Shown one piece after another: positions 39,867 through 49,646 of a stretch of DNA of 64,000 bases. Position 1 is the first letter of the stretch. Every line of letters begins with the position of its first letter. Location: NCBI GenBank assembly GCA_965238005.1, contig OZ250165.1, forward strand, positions 480,001-544,000, in the 5' to 3' direction. Source of the DNA: Longimicrobiales bacterium. GTDB taxonomy: Bacteria > Gemmatimonadota > Gemmatimonadetes > Longimicrobiales > Gaopeijiaceae. A model generated the notes under the pieces. It worked only from the letters and a program-made list of their open reading frames with translations. It had not been told where the DNA came from and did not search any database. The translations under genes were made by a program, and so were the position numbers.

Positions 39867-40926
39867 TCAATCGGGCCCGACACCCACAGCGGGTCGGTGC
39901 CTGTAGTGCCAGGCGGCCTGAACAAGCACATGACGACACCGACTGTTACCCGCCTTGGTGATGGAGCCCTTGTGGTTGCGAGGTCCGGAGGAGTGCTCGC
40001 TGGGCACAAGCCCGAGATAGGCCATGATCTGGCCTGGTCGCTCGAAGCGTCGCCAGTCACCGATCTCGGTAATCAGGGTCATGGCCGACAGCGTGCTGAT
40101 GCCGCGGAAGCAGGCGAGCTTCTGGACCTGCGGACGATAGAGTTCTGAGAATGCGATCTCTTCGATCTGACGATCGAGATCGTCACGGCGAGAGACCTTG
40201 TAGTCCATGAGCGCTAGGTACTCACTGAACACCGCTCGATCTTCTGGTGCGAGTTGCTCCTGGTGCAGGAGCCGCTCGAGCCACGCCCGATGCTTCGGTC
40301 CCCAACGTCGTCCGTGACGGAAGACGAAGCCACGACGACTCAGGAACTTCAGGATGTAGTGACGGGAGCGTAGGATCTCGCGCTGAAACGTCTGACGACA
40401 CCGCACGAGGTCTCGCACGCGCTCCTCGCCCGGCGAGGGGATGCGGATCGGCACGAGCTCACCAGCCCGGTATAGCCGGGCGAGCTGAATCGCATCGTGA
40501 CGATCGTGTTTGCGCTGCTCCCCCGGACGGATCGGCGTCAAAGAAGGTGCGATGATGTCACAGTCGTGACCCCACTCCGTGAGCTCGTGGTACAGAACGT
40601 AGCCCGCTCCGCTGGCTTCATAGCACGTGCGGATCTCACCGCGCTTGGCCCAACGATCGAAGAATCGCCGTAGCTTCCGCAGATCGTTGGGGATCTTCTG
40701 CACTACAGCCGGCTCTTTGCTTGCGCCCTCGAATACCGCCAAAGTGACCGTATCCTCGTGAACGTCCATACCGATGAAGATCAATGACTCTGACTTGGAC
40801 ATTGGGCTGGCTCTCCTATTGGCTGCGACCTTCCGTGTCGCATGTGGCTCTGGTGTGTGAACCCAACCGGTCCGCACTAACCCATGGTACGCCGATTGGG
40901 CTGAGCCAGCCCTTTCATAACTTCTG
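39867..40926 (-). mobile_element. IS110-family element: 5' non-coding end plus recombinase (ATG 40802), truncated at the C-terminus
   Basis: DEDD RuvC-like motifs IGMDVH, CYEAS, KHDRHDA; GLVPSEHSSG and GSITKAGN; breaks off after QAAWHYRHRP. Confidence 0.92.
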
Positions 40927-41063
40927 AAGTGGCGGCACGGGAGCGGTTTCATGGCGGGTGGGGATCTGGACTAGCCTTCAATGACAGTCCCTGCGAAAAT
41001 CGTGGTCGGGGTCCGGTCCCCGCCGCTCTCCGATCCTTCGACAAAGAGCTTAGACACGTTTTG

Positions 41064-41552
41064 ATGGTTGAACAGAGCCTGCTTCACATCACGCTGAATA
41101 TGAATCGCAGGCGGCTCAGTCCGCGTTCAGAAGTGAGATCGGAGACGATTGATCTTCTGTCTGCCCTGATTCAGAAGCCGGCGTTTGCGATCCCTGGTCA
41201 GGCCGCTTACCGCTGTGACGTTTTCGAGCCGGGCGGCCGCTGTCCCGGCTTCCAGGTGCTTGATGCCGACGGGGGTTCCCTCGTCAGCTTCGGTGTTGGG
41301 TTTGGGGAGGCATGCTCGCAGGCTTTGTGGATCGCCTTACACGCTCCCGCAGCTTTTCTGAATCTCAGGATCAAGACACAGTTGGAGAGTTCTCCCCCTC
41401 GGACTCCCTGGATTGGCGTCCTTCTCGAATCTGGACTGCTTCCGGGTTCCCCGGCGAGGGCGTGGCTAGAAGATTTTGTAAGATGCCTTTCGTGGTCGGT
41501 GATGGATCGGGCGCAGAATCGAGCGGGACCTGGTGCGGGATGGGTGGATTGA
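41064..41552 (+). CDS. Hypothetical protein upstream of SIR2-HerA
   Basis: Open frame with globular-looking composition (LLHITLN...SPRSEV...PWIGVLL...WLEDFVRCLSW); family not recognised. Confidence 0.5.
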   Translation: MVEQSLLHITLNMNRRRLSPRSEVRSETIDLLSALIQKPAFAIPGQAAYRCDVFEPGGRCPGFQVLDADGGSLVSFGVGFGEACSQALWIALHAPAAFLNLRIKTQLESSPPRTPWIGVLLESGLLPGSPARAWLEDFVRCLSWSVMDRAQNRAGPGAGWVD

Positions 41553-41633
41553 TGGGCTCGGGAATCCCTTGTGTAACGCATCTTTCATACGCAAGCCGCG
41601 CGCCGTTGCGGCTGAACTAGGACACACATACAA

Positions 41634-42662
41634 ATGACGACAGCACCCGACTTCACGAGCGCACTTGAAGCCAAAGTTGCGGAGCAGCTGAAGGCGCAAC
41701 GAGTGGGCTATCTACTCGGGGCTGGTTCGTCAAACCTGGACAATACTGGATACCCGCTCTCCTTTGAGTTGTGGGACCTCATCAAAGACGGGATCACCGA
41801 CACTCAGAAGCGAGCTGACATCCAAGCTAAGCTCGCCGTCGGGGCGAAGGGGATCGAACACGCCCTCGATCTGCTCGACGACGGTGGTGCTATGGACACG
41901 CCGTACCGCCATCTGGTAACTGCCGCCATCGCGGAGCACTTCATGCCCAAGAAGCCAGATCTCGACCTACACATTGACTTTGTGCGTCGCCTGTCAAACC
42001 GTGCCAACCCATCCGTGAAGGTTTTCAATCTCAACTACGACCCGCTTGTCGAACGGGCCGCAGAGGCCGCCACCGTGCGGCTGTCGGACGGTTTCCTTGG
42101 TGCGGAACACGCCTATTTCTACCCGGCAGTGTTCGAGGAGCGCATCGGTCAGATTCGCGGCACCCACAAAGGACGACAATTCGACGAGACGGTGCGGACG
42201 ATCCATCTGCTGAAGCTCCACGGCTCACTGGGCTGGTACGAATGCCCTGAACAGGGCGTACGGCGCTGTGCGTACGGATCACCACCACCGAACAACACGA
42301 AGCGGCTCATGGTACCACCGCAACGCAGGAAGGCACTTGACACTATGCTTCCGCCGTACGCAGCACTGTGGTCTGCTTTTCGCGGGTGTTTGAGTCACAA
42401 TGAGAGGCCGATCAACCGCTTGGCCTGCTTCGGGTACAGCTTCGCCGACGAACATGTGAACACGATCATTGAGGCCGCATTGGCGCGAACGGATTTCACT
42501 CTGCTGATCTTCACCGAGAAAATGTCGGATCCGGCGTGGACTCGTTTGAGTGTGAAGCCGAATACGGTCGTTGTGACGGCAACACGTTGCTCCCTCAAGG
42601 GAGCGGTCGGCCCCGGCCATAAGGACTTATGGCGTTTCGAGCGACTGTGCAAGGAGATTTGA
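41634..42662 (+). CDS. SIR2-like (SIR2_2) NADase, anti-phage effector
   Basis: YLLGAGSS, FNLNYDPLVE, DGF, LLKLHGSLGW, FGYSFADEHVN. Confidence 0.92.
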   Translation: MTTAPDFTSALEAKVAEQLKAQRVGYLLGAGSSNLDNTGYPLSFELWDLIKDGITDTQKRADIQAKLAVGAKGIEHALDLLDDGGAMDTPYRHLVTAAIAEHFMPKKPDLDLHIDFVRRLSNRANPSVKVFNLNYDPLVERAAEAATVRLSDGFLGAEHAYFYPAVFEERIGQIRGTHKGRQFDETVRTIHLLKLHGSLGWYECPEQGVRRCAYGSPPPNNTKRLMVPPQRRKALDTMLPPYAALWSAFRGCLSHNERPINRLACFGYSFADEHVNTIIEAALARTDFTLLIFTEKMSDPAWTRLSVKPNTVVVTATRCSLKGAVGPGHKDLWRFERLCKEI

Positions 42663-42665
42663 CCG

Positions 42666-44357
42666 ATGCCCGATTCCTCCAATACCGTGATCGGCCACGT
42701 TGTAGACGTCCAAGGCAATCTTCTCATGGCGACACTGGTCGAGGACGACCAAGGGTACGCGCCGACCGTGACCATAGGTGATGAGGACGTGCTGGTCGGG
42801 CAACTCGGCTCATACGTCGCAGTCAAACAGAACGAGGTTCATCTCATCGCGATAGTCACCCGCATGACCGAACAGGAGGCCTTTGCCGCGCCGACCATTG
42901 AGACGCCCGGCGATGACACCGCGAGGTTGCCCTTCGCCAAGCGAATCGCTCGCCTCACGCCTGTCGGGTCGATTTTCGGGGCCGGCCAGTTCGAGCGTGG
43001 CGTGACGCAATATCCGACGACGGGTGCGGAGGTCCACGCGATTGGCTCAGCAGACATCGCAAGGATGTTCGACCGATTTCAGTCCAAGGGTCTCGCGGTC
43101 GGAACCCTCGCCTCGCACCCCTCGCTCAAAGTTTGTCTGGATCCCACGAACCTGTTCGGCCGTCACTCTGCCATCTTGGGGCAGACCGGATCGGGCAAGT
43201 CGTGGACGGTAGCCTCGATCGTACAAAGGACGGTAGCGGTCATGCCCAGGGCCCACATCATCATCCTTGACCTGCACGGGGAGTACTGCTGGAAGCGGGA
43301 GGACGGAAACCAACACTACGCGTTTTCCGACTCGATCGTCCGCCACGTAGACGCCCGAGATCTCGAGATTCCCTACTGGTTGATGACTTACGCTGAGCTG
43401 TGCGACTTGCTGATCGACGGGACCGAGCAAGCGGCCCACAACCAGACGGCATTCTTCCGCGACACGCTCAGGCAACTCCGCGAGAAGGAAAAGACGCCGC
43501 TCGGACTTCAGCGGGTAACGGTAGATACGCCAGTCTACTTCTCTCTTGATGAACTTGTCGCGGAGGTTGCAACGAAGAACAGTGAAATGGTTCCTGGGTC
43601 AAGGGGGCCCAAGCAGGGCGATATGTTTGGGACTTTTGATCGTTTCCTCGTTCGGCTCGAAAGCAGAATGAACGATGTGCGCTACGACTTCTTGCTCAAG
43701 CCAAAGGTCCGCACGTCCTCCGCCTCACTGAGTGACCTGTTGCGGGACTTCGTAGGCTTGGGTACGCCGAAGGCCACCGTCACCGTGATCGATCTCTCTT
43801 CTGTAGCGTTCGATGTCCGACCAACAGTTGCGGCCCAGATTGGGCGTCTGGCGTTCGAATTCAACTACTGGAACCCAGAGTACCGGGAGTTCCCCATCCT
43901 GCTCATGTGTGAGGAGGCACACGCCTATATCCCACGCGACAGCGAGAGCCAGTACGCGGGCTCTCGGAAGTCGATGGAGCGGATCGCAAAGGAAGGTCGT
44001 AAGTACGGAGTTGGCCTAGCCGTCGTCAGCCAGCGGCCGCACGAAGTATCCGAAACGGTGCTCGCACAGTGCGGCACGTTCATCTGCCTGCGCATAACGA
44101 ACCCGAACGATCAGAGCTACGTCCGGAGCTTGGTGCCCGAGAGTGAGGGCGACTTGGTCAGCGTGCTGGCGGGGTTGGGACGGGGCGAGGCGCTCGTGCT
44201 GGGTGAAGCGGTTCCCCTGCCCACGCGTTTGCAGTTTGAGAAGCCGAACCCGACGCCAAACAGCGACGACGTGGACTTCTACGACAAGTGGACCACCGGC
44301 CCCGACGACTTGGATGTGGACGCAATCGTGAAGCGGTGGCGCAGTCAGGAGCGGTGA
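42666..44357 (+). CDS. herA: HerA-family ATPase (HAS barrel plus DUF87)
   Basis: GRHSAILGQTGSGKS, ILDLHGEY, LMCEEAH, RIAKEGRKYG, VSQRP; starts 3 bp after the SIR2 stop. Confidence 0.93.
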   Translation: MPDSSNTVIGHVVDVQGNLLMATLVEDDQGYAPTVTIGDEDVLVGQLGSYVAVKQNEVHLIAIVTRMTEQEAFAAPTIETPGDDTARLPFAKRIARLTPVGSIFGAGQFERGVTQYPTTGAEVHAIGSADIARMFDRFQSKGLAVGTLASHPSLKVCLDPTNLFGRHSAILGQTGSGKSWTVASIVQRTVAVMPRAHIIILDLHGEYCWKREDGNQHYAFSDSIVRHVDARDLEIPYWLMTYAELCDLLIDGTEQAAHNQTAFFRDTLRQLREKEKTPLGLQRVTVDTPVYFSLDELVAEVATKNSEMVPGSRGPKQGDMFGTFDRFLVRLESRMNDVRYDFLLKPKVRTSSASLSDLLRDFVGLGTPKATVTVIDLSSVAFDVRPTVAAQIGRLAFEFNYWNPEYREFPILLMCEEAHAYIPRDSESQYAGSRKSMERIAKEGRKYGVGLAVVSQRPHEVSETVLAQCGTFICLRITNPNDQSYVRSLVPESEGDLVSVLAGLGRGEALVLGEAVPLPTRLQFEKPNPTPNSDDVDFYDKWTTGPDDLDVDAIVKRWRSQER

Positions 44358-44368
44358 GAGGCGGCGGT

Positions 44369-44397
44369 GTGCAGTCGTTGCGTGGCGGAGTAAAATT
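44369..44397 (+). promoter_or_regulatory. Putative sigma70 promoter for the NYN gene
   Basis: GTGCAG-N16-TAAAAT just after the herA stop. Confidence 0.35.
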
Positions 44398-44519
44398 AGG
44401 CCGGCCGCCGGCATCGCACAAAGACAGACGAAGGTTGTTTTGTGCGATGCGAGAGGGATGTATTGCGAGGCTGTCTGTGGGCAAGGCAGGGGTTTCGAGT
44501 TCTGTACTAGATGTTCCCT

Positions 44520-44826
44520 ATGGCTCAGCGTGGCAAAACGATCGTCTACTTCGACAACTCGAACATCTTCCACAGTCAGATGAACGCGGGCTGGAAGATT
44601 GATGCAGAGAAGTTGCAGGCACGCCTGGGGCAACATGGTCCAATCTGGCAGGTCTACTTCTTCGGTGCAGTCACAGAACCACCCCGGTACATGCAAACCG
44701 CCTTTTACCGCACGTTGAAAGAGAAGCTTCCCTGGGAAACACTCATTCTGCCCCTTGGTCAGAAAACCGTCCGGTGTCTAAAATGTAGCCAGAATCGTCG
44801 CACGTACACCGAAAAAGGTGTCGATG
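44520..44826 (+). pseudogene. NYN-domain (LabA/DUF88, PIN-like) RNase truncated by IS256
   Basis: IVYFDNSNIF, a CLKC motif and EKGVD, immediately followed by the IS256 IR. Confidence 0.85.
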
Positions 44827-46204
44827 GAGGTCGGGTCAATAGGTGTGTAAACGTTTCAGGCGGCTGCTTTGCGCTGATGAGCTGAGACGGGCTTTCCGTC
44901 CCTGAACTTCCTTTCTCCAAACACGTCCTCGAGCAGGTGTGGAGCGTCGAGCCTTCTGAAGCGTTTCTCCGCCACCGTGAGGAGCTTCCAGATGAGGGCG
45001 GTAGCACTGTCGACGCGCTTAAATCGTTTTGCTGCCGACGTGCGGAGCCGTACCGAAGCGAACGGACTTTCCACCACATTCGTCGTCCGTAGATGCTTCC
45101 AGTGGGCTTCGGGGAAGTCGTAGTACGTGACCATGCGGTCCCAGTCATCCTCGAGCACCGTCACAGCTTTCGGGTACCACGGCCCATAACGCTTGCCGAA
45201 CGCCTGACGAGCTTTGAGCGCCGCGGCCCGTGTCGAGGCGTAGACGACTGTGCGCAGCAGTTCCTTGGCCTCTGACTGCTCGCGCTGCGGCAGCCGATCC
45301 AGGACGTTCCTCATCTTGTGATTCCAGCACCGCTGCTCGCCGGCCTCAGGCCACACCGTCCTCGCCGCGCCCCAGATCGCTGCGTTACCGTCGGCCATCA
45401 GTAGCTTCGGCGCTGCGAGGCCTCGAGCCTTGAGACCCCGAAAGACCTCCGCCCACGAGTCCGTTGACTCCCGGTAGCCTGATGTGACGGCCAGAACCTC
45501 TTTCGTCCCGTCGCGCATGGCTCCCATCACCACCAGCAGCGCCGCTTTGTCTCGCTCCAGGCCCGCCTTCACGTAGATCCCGTCCGCCCATACGTAGACG
45601 ACCTCACGGTCCGCCAAGGACCGCTTCGCCCACGTCTCGAACTCACTCGACCACACGGCCCTGAGCCTGCGGATCGAAGCCTTCGACAGCGGCGCCCCCT
45701 CACCGAGTAGGCCCCTGAGTGCCAGCTCGAAATCCCCCTCGGCCAACCCGTGTAGGTACAGCTCCGGTATCAACTCACCTACCTCCTTCGTCCGTCTCGC
45801 AAACAGCGGCAACACCCGACTCTCGAAGCGTTCCTCCAGACCCCGTACCCGGGGGCGTCGCACCGTGATCGTGCCCGAACTCATCGACAGCCGCCGCGCC
45901 TTGCCGTACCCGTTGCGGTAGCCAGGCGCCGCATCCACGGCTGCCTTCCGCTCTGACTTCTCACGGCCGAGGAGCTCGGTGACTTCTTCCTCCATGATCT
46001 GTTGGATGAACTCCCTGCGCCTTCTCCCTAACCATCCCCTCGAGCGTCTCCCACATCGGCGTGGTGGACTCGGTCTCGGGTCCCGCGATATCCTCTCTCA
46101 TGAGGCGACGTTCCTTTCCCCGGGCTGTCACCCGGGCTCGCTGGTTTAAATCTCAGCGCAAAGGTACGTCGCCTCTCTTTTTACACACCCTTTGATCCTA
46201 GCTC
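44827..46204 (-). mobile_element. IS256-family element, full length (transposase 44856..46101, frameshift near 46014)
   Basis: IRs GAGCTAGGATCAAAGGGTGTGTAAA / GAGGTCGGGTCAATAGGTGTGTAAA; DDE motifs; flanks not duplicated. Confidence 0.93.
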
Positions 46205-46440
46205 CCGTGACACCAATCTGCAGACCAAACGGACATACCTAAGAATGCAATAGACAAGCGCCCCCCCCTGATCGGCATGCCCCGATCGGCACCGGGCCTC
46301 GGCTCGTGATTCGCCACAAATCTTGGTCCGGCGCAAGGGCAACAAGCAGCGTGACAACGGGGGAGGCAACGATCAGATAGATCGAGAAGACTCTGTATAC
46401 TGTCTTGGACGAGCAGGCCCGATTATCGTAGTACCCGGCG

Positions 46441-47622
46441 CTAGAACCGCACGTTCAGCAGCGGCACTTTCCAGGCCAGCTCATCCCGCCCTTTTGACCT
46501 CACGGCGGGCTCCCACACCGGCGACGGTAGCGGCACCGAGAGGGACCACTCTCCACGAGACCAGTTCAGCAACGCGCCGGGCGCGGGGAACCCGGCAGCC
46601 TGGGCGTCCTCGCTGGGGTCCTCTTCACTACTGTCACCCTCCGTCAGCGCCGCGCCGAGGAGCAACCCGACAATGCTGCCCACGAGGGGAATCCCGATCT
46701 GAGCGTCATCGTCGTCCGGCTGGGCGATCAGCACCATGCCGATGCCACCCACCCCGCCCATCAACCCGCCGACGCTGATTAGACGGGCCCTCGAACGGCT
46801 GAGAGGCCACTGGCTTCCGGCGAGCGCGCCGCCCGCCAGCCCCGCGTTCCCGGTGAGCGCCACGGTTGTCCAAGCCGTGTTCTCGTCCATTTCCATCAGG
46901 ATCGCCGACGCCAGTCCGAACCACGATCCCCACAGGCTGCCCAGCATGGCCGAGGTGGAGGTCCCCGGCGTGATTTCTCGCCGCGCCGCCAGGGCGCCGC
47001 CCGCAATGCCGACCGCGCCGGCGACAATCATCGAAGCGACGACGGCCTGGACACTCTGTTCTTCGTGGATCACGATGTCGCCTTCGATCAGGCGCTCGCC
47101 GCCGCCCAGATCCAGGGCGTTGGCCCAGCCCATGCCCTGCAGTGCGCCCCATGTGCCTCCCCATGTGCCTCCCCATGTGATGGCCAGGGCCTGACCCAGC
47201 GACACCGGTCGGGAGCTGGCGAGAGCGCGTCCGGCAAAGAATCCCGCCGGCCCTCCCACCAGGAGTCCGAGCCCGTACGACTCCGAACCATCCGCGTCCA
47301 GGGCCATCGGCACCGCGACCCCCATCCAGATACCGTAGAGCGCGGACCAGACCTTGAGTTCGGTCTCGCCCCCGGCCTGGAACCGTTCCGCCGTAGCGGC
47401 GTCCAGTTGGGCGCGCGCGGTAGCGGCGGCGGGTGTCTCCGGGAACCGGTCGGCGATATGCCGGTAGAGCGCCTCGGCCACGTCGCTTTCTCCCCGGCTC
47501 TCGAGCTCCGAGGCCACGCCGAGAAGAACGGCCGCCGAGTCGGCCGGGGCAACCTGGGCGGACGCCGGCCTGGGTGTGGACACCACAGCGACCAGCAAGG
47601 CGACGACCAAAACGGCGCGCAT
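46441..47622 (-). CDS. Exported/membrane protein with TPR-like N-terminus and glycine-zipper repeats
   Basis: Signal peptide ending ASA-Q; AEALYRHIADRFPETPAA; repeated GxxWG and GLxxG segments; C-terminal LLNVRF. Confidence 0.75.
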   Translation of the reverse strand: MRAVLVVALLVAVVSTPRPASAQVAPADSAAVLLGVASELESRGESDVAEALYRHIADRFPETPAAATARAQLDAATAERFQAGGETELKVWSALYGIWMGVAVPMALDADGSESYGLGLLVGGPAGFFAGRALASSRPVSLGQALAITWGGTWGGTWGALQGMGWANALDLGGGERLIEGDIVIHEEQSVQAVVASMIVAGAVGIAGGALAARREITPGTSTSAMLGSLWGSWFGLASAILMEMDENTAWTTVALTGNAGLAGGALAGSQWPLSRSRARLISVGGLMGGVGGIGMVLIAQPDDDDAQIGIPLVGSIVGLLLGAALTEGDSSEEDPSEDAQAAGFPAPGALLNWSRGEWSLSVPLPSPVWEPAVRSKGRDELAWKVPLLNVRF

Positions 47623-48051
47623 GACAAAAACTATAGAACAGATCATCAATGATCATAGTCTCGTGCTTGGGCTTCATGTGCCAGTTCCGCGCTGCTACGA
47701 GAGATCACGGCCGCCGAAGAACACCGGCTTCAGTCCGACATCGAAACGACCGTGAACGAAGAAGCTCGGTCTGCCTATCGGCCGACAAAACATCGTCCAG
47801 ACCTGTTGCTGGAAAGCTCAAGGCGAGGGCGATCATGGATACCGAATCAACCCCTTCATCGTAACCGCGCGACCGTTCCCGCCCGACAGGTCCTGAGACC
47901 TGTCTCAATCAATTTCGACCTGTCTGCTGGCATTGACGCCCGGTCCGGGCGGCAGTGTTTGTACGCTCGATTTCCCGCAGCTATAAGTGCACTCGATTAT
48001 GGGGGATGGGGTCAGCCATACCGGGGAGAGTGCCACCGCGTCAACGTCACG

Positions 48052-48498
48052 TCAGGCCAGGACCCCTCGCTCACGCATCGCCTTTGCGTAAAAGACCAAC
48101 CCCAGCGCAACCAGGAAGACTGCCACGCTGAAGATGAGCCCGAACATCCCGTTCACTTCGAAGGCATTGGAGAGAGCGTAGTTCTGGATGGCTGTTATCA
48201 ACATCGAGACGAAAGAAACCATGAATACCGAGACGGCTAGGCTCTTCCTCAGCAGAAGAAGGATGGAGCCAAGCACGCCACCGCAAACGGCGATCGCCCA
48301 GAACGCGACGACCCAGGACGGAAAGCCGTAGAAGAACTCGAGCTGCTCTGGTGTGAACTGACCCATGTACGACTCGTTCTGCGTCTGGGTCATGAGATAG
48401 TCGAACGCGCCCATGGCATTCCACAGCAGCGTGACGATACCGATGACCCAGAGGTGCTTCGGCGTCTGCACGGCTTCTGCGTACGGGGTCTCAGACAC
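48052..48498 (-). CDS. Conserved 4-TM membrane protein
   Basis: TPKHLWVIGIVTLLWNAMGAFDYLMTQ...PSWVVAFWAIAV...LLLLRK. Confidence 0.8.
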   Translation of the reverse strand: MSETPYAEAVQTPKHLWVIGIVTLLWNAMGAFDYLMTQTQNESYMGQFTPEQLEFFYGFPSWVVAFWAIAVCGGVLGSILLLLRKSLAVSVFMVSFVSMLITAIQNYALSNAFEVNGMFGLIFSVAVFLVALGLVFYAKAMRERGVLA

Positions 48499-48760
48499 GA
48501 GTTCTTTCTCCTCTAGGCCGTAGGGTAAGTCATTCTAGCCGATGCGTTGAGGCGCGTTGAACGTGGGCACCACGATGCTCCCGCGCATACCGAGCCGCAA
48601 CCAGAATCCCCCCGACTCGCGGGCCACACCTTAGCAACCTGTCTTATTCGCTTCCGACCCGTCCTCCCAAACCGCCTCGCTGGTCTCGAAAGAGGGCTCG
48701 TAATACCTCGTCCTCCCACGGAATCGTTCGGGGGGAGGGTCACGTTCAGGTCAGGGGCGA

Positions 48761-49627
48761 TCAAGCCAGCGCGGCTGGTACCCGTGCCGCCCACTCCGCG
48801 AAGCGGGTCCAGCCTACTTCCGGATAAGACGAGCGGAGGCCATCGATATCCGCCGCGTATCCGGTAGTGACGAACCATTCGTACATGAGGGCGAGGTCCT
48901 CGTTGAAGGACCGAATGCTGTCGATCGGTACTTCGACAACGGAGATCGGCCTGCCCAGGATGCCGGCCAGCACATTCGCCGACTGCTGCGAAGAGAGCTC
49001 ATCGCCCGCGATGTCGATACGCGTTCCAGCGAACTCGGCGGGATTGGCCAGCACATGGGCAGCGAACGCCCCGATGTCCTCGGTTGCGATCTGCTGTAGC
49101 GGAAGACCCGGGGGGAGCGCGATCGCATAAGTGCCTTCCTTAAGGCCGTTGAGTATGTCCGGAAATAGCAGGTTGCTCATGAAGTACACGGGAGCGATGA
49201 CGGACCAGCGGAGATCACTCGACACGAGACGCTCCTCGACCCGATACTTGCTGTCAAAATGGGGGATGCCAGTGGCCTTGTTCGCGGACGCGACAGAGCT
49301 GAATACGAAGTGGTCCACCCCTGCCGCTGCGGCCGCATCGACAAGTGCCACACCCTGGGCCGTCTCGGCATCGACGCCCTCCTCGAACGGCGTGGTCATC
49401 GCGAAGACCACATCCACACCCTTGAGTACCGTGGTGAGGGACTCCGCGTCGGCGAACTCCGCCCGTACCATCTCCGCACCCATCACCCTAAGGTGCTTCG
49501 AGGGTTCGGATTCGGTGTTGCGCGCCATTCCGCGCACGCGGAAGCCGCTCTCGAGAAGTCGACGTGCGACCGCCCCCCCCTGCTGCCCCGTGGCCCCGGT
49601 AACCAAGGCCAGCCTGCTGTCAGACAT
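48761..49627 (-). CDS. NmrA/HSCARG-family NAD(P)-binding protein
   Basis: LVTGATGQQGGAVA, GVDHFVFSSV, IPHFDSKY; RBS GGAGG. Confidence 0.92.
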   Translation of the reverse strand: MSDSRLALVTGATGQQGGAVARRLLESGFRVRGMARNTESEPSKHLRVMGAEMVRAEFADAESLTTVLKGVDVVFAMTTPFEEGVDAETAQGVALVDAAAAAGVDHFVFSSVASANKATGIPHFDSKYRVEERLVSSDLRWSVIAPVYFMSNLLFPDILNGLKEGTYAIALPPGLPLQQIATEDIGAFAAHVLANPAEFAGTRIDIAGDELSSQQSANVLAGILGRPISVVEVPIDSIRSFNEDLALMYEWFVTTGYAADIDGLRSSYPEVGWTRFAEWAARVPAALA

Positions 49628-49646
49628 GATCGAACCTCCAGCTAAA

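Noticed and set aside
47895..47925. GAGACCTGTCTCAATCAATT as an IS end
   Set aside because: No partner IR or transposase nearby; unsupported.
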